From positions 2,670,001 to 2,702,000 of the forward strand of contig NZ_AP012549.1 of NCBI RefSeq assembly GCF_000829235.1: a DNA stretch of 32,000 bases, read 5' to 3'. The notes beneath the pieces were generated by a model. That model saw nothing but the letters and a program-made list of their open reading frames with translations. It made no database searches and was not told the origin of the DNA. This document shows positions 28,567 to 32,000 of this stretch, in pieces (positions within the stretch are counted from its first letter, which is position 1; each line of letters begins with the position of its first letter). The position numbers and the translations under genes are program-made. This DNA comes from a cyanobacterium endosymbiont of Epithemia turgida isolate EtSB Lake Yunoko. Its GTDB lineage: Bacteria > Cyanobacteriota > Cyanobacteriia > Cyanobacteriales > Microcystaceae.

Positions 28567-29859
28567 TTATTCTATCTTGTCAACATGACTCATAGCTGAA
28601 GTTATCTTTAAAAAATAACCAATTAAATAAAGAGAACCACAAAGAATAATCGTATGCTCAAAATCATCAACAGCTCTGTCTAACGCCTTAAAAACATCAG
28701 AAAATATTTGAATATCGCTTAACTGAGAACAAATTTTATTTGCCAACAAGGCTAAGTCTTCTGGATTTGCCGTTTGATGATCAGGGACAGGAACTAAATA
28801 TAAATTATCCTGTGGTCGCAATAAAGCTTCGAAAATTCTATCATGATCTTTTGTAGATAAAATTCCCATTACCCAAGTAATCGGTTTATTTAATGTATTT
28901 ACATAATCTCGTAGAGCAGTGGCTGCTGCTCCATTATGTGCTCCATCAATTAAAATAGAAACATCACGCCATTTTGTCCAATGTAACCTTCCCAGCCACT
29001 GAGTATTTTTTATTCCTTTTTGAATAGTAGCTAATGGTATTTTCCATCCTTTTTTTTGTAAAATTTTTAAGGCTGCGATTGCTAAAGCAGAATTCATTAA
29101 TTGAACTTTTCCTAATAGAGGTAAGTAATAGCTAGTATCTTGATATTGACCCCAATTTTTTTTGATGGCTATGGCAGGTTTTACCCAGAGTGAAGGACAA
29201 TTTAACGCTTTGATACGAGCTCTAATGACCATTTCTGCTTCTAACGGAAGTTGTCCAATAACGGCAGGACATTTAGGTTTTAAAATACCTCCTTTCTCAT
29301 AAGCAATATCAGCCAGTGTTGGACCTAGTATTTGCCAATGTTCTCGACTAATAGATGTAATAACTGTAACTAAGGGATTGTTCCAAACATTAGTTGCATC
29401 TAACCGCCCTCCTAATCCTACTTCAATAACAGCAATTTCTACTCTTTTTTGAGCAAAATAAACCAATGCTGTTGCGGTCAGTGCTTCAAATAAACTAGGC
29501 CTATTTTCATAGGAATGACTAAGGCTTTTAATCTTAATAATAATTCTTTCAAAGTCTGTTTCAGAAATAGGTTGATTATTGATACAAATTCTTTCTGTAG
29601 GGTCAACTAAATGAGGCGAAGTATAACGTCCAACCCGATAACCAGCTTCAGTTAATGTAGAAGAAAGATAAGCACAAACAGACCCTTTTCCATTAGTTCC
29701 CCCAACATGGATAATAGGAAGACAATGGTGAGGATTATCTAAGGATTCTAATAGGGCTTGAATTCGTTCTAACCCTAGAGTCACTTCCATAAATCTAAAA
29801 GATTGTAGTAAAGAATTAATAGTCACTGAATTTAAGCATCCATCATAGTGAGTAGACAA
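28567..29859 (-). CDS. folC: Bifunctional folylpolyglutamate synthase / dihydrofolate synthase
   Basis: Mur-ligase motifs HVGGTNGKGS, YTSPHLV, EVGLGGRLDATNV and DGAHN. A later start at 29790 is possible. Confidence 0.9.
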   Translation of the reverse strand: MSTHYDGCLNSVTINSLLQSFRFMEVTLGLERIQALLESLDNPHHCLPIIHVGGTNGKGSVCAYLSSTLTEAGYRVGRYTSPHLVDPTERICINNQPISETDFERIIIKIKSLSHSYENRPSLFEALTATALVYFAQKRVEIAVIEVGLGGRLDATNVWNNPLVTVITSISREHWQILGPTLADIAYEKGGILKPKCPAVIGQLPLEAEMVIRARIKALNCPSLWVKPAIAIKKNWGQYQDTSYYLPLLGKVQLMNSALAIAALKILQKKGWKIPLATIQKGIKNTQWLGRLHWTKWRDVSILIDGAHNGAAATALRDYVNTLNKPITWVMGILSTKDHDRIFEALLRPQDNLYLVPVPDHQTANPEDLALLANKICSQLSDIQIFSDVFKALDRAVDDFEHTIILCGSLYLIGYFLKITSAMSHVDKIE

Positions 29860-30707
29860 TAATTAGGTCAACACTCTTTTATATCTTTAAATGGTATCAG
29901 AATAATGTCTAAACCTCTAGTTCTCTGGCTATTAGCTTTAGCCTTTTTTATTTGTTAAAATCGAAGTGAATTTTAGTTTTGTTGCTTAAATTAACTTCAA
30001 TTAGTATTAAGAGGCGGATAATCAATTAAACAGTTATTTTTAGGGGATTACAAAAATCTATTAACTATAGACAATATAAATATATTTATAGTAAAAAATT
30101 TACAGATATTATCAATTTTTGGAAGATAGATATTGATATTTGAGCCAAAAATGTGAAAAATTTAGGGGTTTTAAAACATAACCTTAGTGAGTAAAAAAAC
30201 AGAAGATGGTCCGTCATACAAAGTAAGAGACAGCTTTTGAAAGAAGTTTTCTATATAAGACACAACAGTAATTAAACCAGTCTTTCTCCGGTCAATTTAT
30301 TGAACCTATAGGGTAATATTTTAAAATTAACTTCTTTTGAAAAAAAACTCTGTATCTACTTTTTTATTTTTATTACTTGAAGTTCAATAACTTTAGCATT
30401 TATGATCTCAAGAAAAAACTCAGATTTATTATTAGGATGGGCAGGGAAATCGTACAATACAATTCGTTAATCCTTAACTGACAGATTAATTTAATTGTGT
30501 TAAATAATGCGGTTTTACGGCTTTTTTAGCCTAAATGTGACAACAGCACAACAAAAAGAAGTTAAAAGTATAGTATCCCTTTGTAAGGATTATGTAAATC
30601 TAGTTGATATGATGGCTTTGAAAGCTGTTCGCTACCAACCTAGTATACTGAGTCTAGAAGAGCTAATATTGTTTACAATAAATCATAGATGCATTACCCC
30701 AAAAATC

Positions 30708-31889
30708 ATGAAGTACAGACGATTTGGACGGACTGAGTTGGAAATACCTATCTTTTCTTGTGGTGGAATGCGCTATCAATATAAATGGCAAGATTTTCCT
30801 TTGAAAGATATTCCTGATGATAATCAACAAAACTTAGAAAAAACTATTTATCGTTCTTTGGAAGTAGGAATAAATCACATAGAAACAGCGCGATCTTACG
30901 GTACATCTGAAGTACAATTAGGAAAAATTTTACCTAAATTACCTAGAGATAAATTAATTATTCAAACAAAAGTTATTCCAGAAGGAGGAGTGAAAGAATT
31001 TAGTAATAAGTTCAAGCAAGGACTCTCACTACTAAACTTAGACTATGTTGATTTATTAGGAATTCATGGAATTAATACTTTAGAAATACTCGAATCTTGT
31101 ATACGCTCAGGAGGCTATCTAGAGGAGGCCAGAAAATTACAAAAACAGGGAAAAATAAGATTTATTGGTTTTTCAACTCATGGCTCTACAGATGTTATTA
31201 TGAAAACGATTAATACTGATAATTTTGACTATGTTAATTTACATTGGTATTATATTAATCAAAATAATTGGCCAGCCATAAAAGCTGCGAGAGAACGTGA
31301 TATGGGGGTGTTTATTATTAGTCCTTCTGATAAAGGTGGTAAACTCTATGATCCTCCACAAAAGTTAGTGGAACTCTGTCAACCTTTAAGTCCTATTGTC
31401 TTTAATGATTTATTCTGTCTATCCTGTCCTCAAATCCATACATTAAGTTTAGGAGCCTCTTGTCCAAAGGATTTTGATGAACATTTAAAGACATTATCTT
31501 ATTTAGGTAATCCTAACGAAATATTAACCCCAGTTATTCAAAAGTTAGAGCAAGAATGTATTAAAGTTTTGGGAGAAAGTTGGTATAGAACCTGGCATAT
31601 TGGCTTGCCAAGTCAAGACCATACACCAGGAAATATTAATATCCCAGTAATTTTATGGCTGAGAAATTTAGCCCTTGCCTATGATATGATTGACTATGGA
31701 GTTATGCGATATAATTTGTTGGGAAATGGAGGACACTGGTTTCCAGGTAAGAATGCTGAAAGAGTCAAAGAATTTGATTTAAAACCTTGTTTAGTCAATA
31801 GTCCTCATCAAAACGAAATTCCTGAATTGCTAGTAGAAACTCATCAATTGTTAGGGGGAAAATTAGTACAACGTCTGTCTCAGGTGTAA
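30708..31889 (+). CDS. Aldo/keto reductase family oxidoreductase
   Basis: MKYRRFGRTELEIPIFSCGGMRY...GINHIETARSYGTSEVQLG...DLLGIHG fits AKR N-terminal blocks. The ORF track start at 30507 adds 67 non-conserved residues and is probably upstream read-through. Confidence 0.8.
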   Translation: MKYRRFGRTELEIPIFSCGGMRYQYKWQDFPLKDIPDDNQQNLEKTIYRSLEVGINHIETARSYGTSEVQLGKILPKLPRDKLIIQTKVIPEGGVKEFSNKFKQGLSLLNLDYVDLLGIHGINTLEILESCIRSGGYLEEARKLQKQGKIRFIGFSTHGSTDVIMKTINTDNFDYVNLHWYYINQNNWPAIKAARERDMGVFIISPSDKGGKLYDPPQKLVELCQPLSPIVFNDLFCLSCPQIHTLSLGASCPKDFDEHLKTLSYLGNPNEILTPVIQKLEQECIKVLGESWYRTWHIGLPSQDHTPGNINIPVILWLRNLALAYDMIDYGVMRYNLLGNGGHWFPGKNAERVKEFDLKPCLVNSPHQNEIPELLVETHQLLGGKLVQRLSQV

Positions 31890-31934
31890 ACAATTTATAG
31901 TATTATTACACTTCGCTTTAACTAGTTAATAAAT

Positions 31935-32000
31935 ATGATGAATGCTCAAGAGCATCAACCGGTTCTATGGATGAACGAATATGTTACCCCTTGGGATCTT
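31935..32000 (+). CDS. 5' end of a gene running off the window, possibly spermidine synthase-like
   Basis: MMNAQEHQPVLWMNEYVTPWDL resembles the LW-x-E-x-x-TP N-terminal block of some spermidine synthases. Only 22 codons are visible. Confidence 0.3.
   Translation, partial: MMNAQEHQPVLWMNEYVTPWDL

Noticed and set aside
30507-30707. N-terminal 67-residue extension of the aldo/keto reductase ORF
   Set aside because: The extension is unlike AKR N-termini. The conserved MKYRRFG start is at 30708, so the extension is probably open upstream sequence.
1-32000. Scan for tRNA/rRNA genes, CRISPR arrays, IS elements or transposases, integrases, toxin-antitoxin or other defence genes
   Set aside because: None seen. 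There are no T-loop or anticodon-arm patterns, no regularly spaced direct repeats, and no transposase- or integrase-like ORFs or relics that I could recognise. The only restriction-modification-related sequence is the broken Dam-like gene at the left edge.

Overview
This is a low-GC cyanobacterial chromosome segment, identified by an intact ntcA, two HIP1 octamers (GCGATCGC) and cyanobacterial-type housekeeping genes. The layout is bimodal. About 20 intact genes cover roughly 18 of 32 kb: tsaB, argD, hisIE, an HpnB-like GT2, a FetB/YbbM-like permease, a thioredoxin-fold protein, TPR proteins, an ABC ATPase, a DMT transporter, a folate-biopterin transporter, fabI, ntcA, a coiled-coil protein, a YqgF-like nuclease, a family-5 solute-binding lipoprotein, folC and an aldo/keto reductase. 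They are separated by six very AT-rich spacers of about 0.85 to 3.9 kb. By hand translation, some spacers contain decayed genes: a histidine kinase plus Rcp1-like response regulator pair, a class-V aminotransferase relic with a large internal deletion, and a Dam-like methyltransferase broken at a homopolymer. The spacers also hold several perfect palindromes, the longest 58 bp, and a diverged inverted repeat of about 100 nt brackets hisIE. I found no tRNA, rRNA, CRISPR array, transposase, integrase or recognisable defence gene, and no convincing novel multi-gene system. The best leads are the gene-decay pattern, which resembles a reduced and possibly endosymbiotic Cyanothece/Crocosphaera-like lineage (inference only), and the palindromes, which look like foldback or template-switch products. 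All calls come from reading the sequence and ORF track; no database search was possible.
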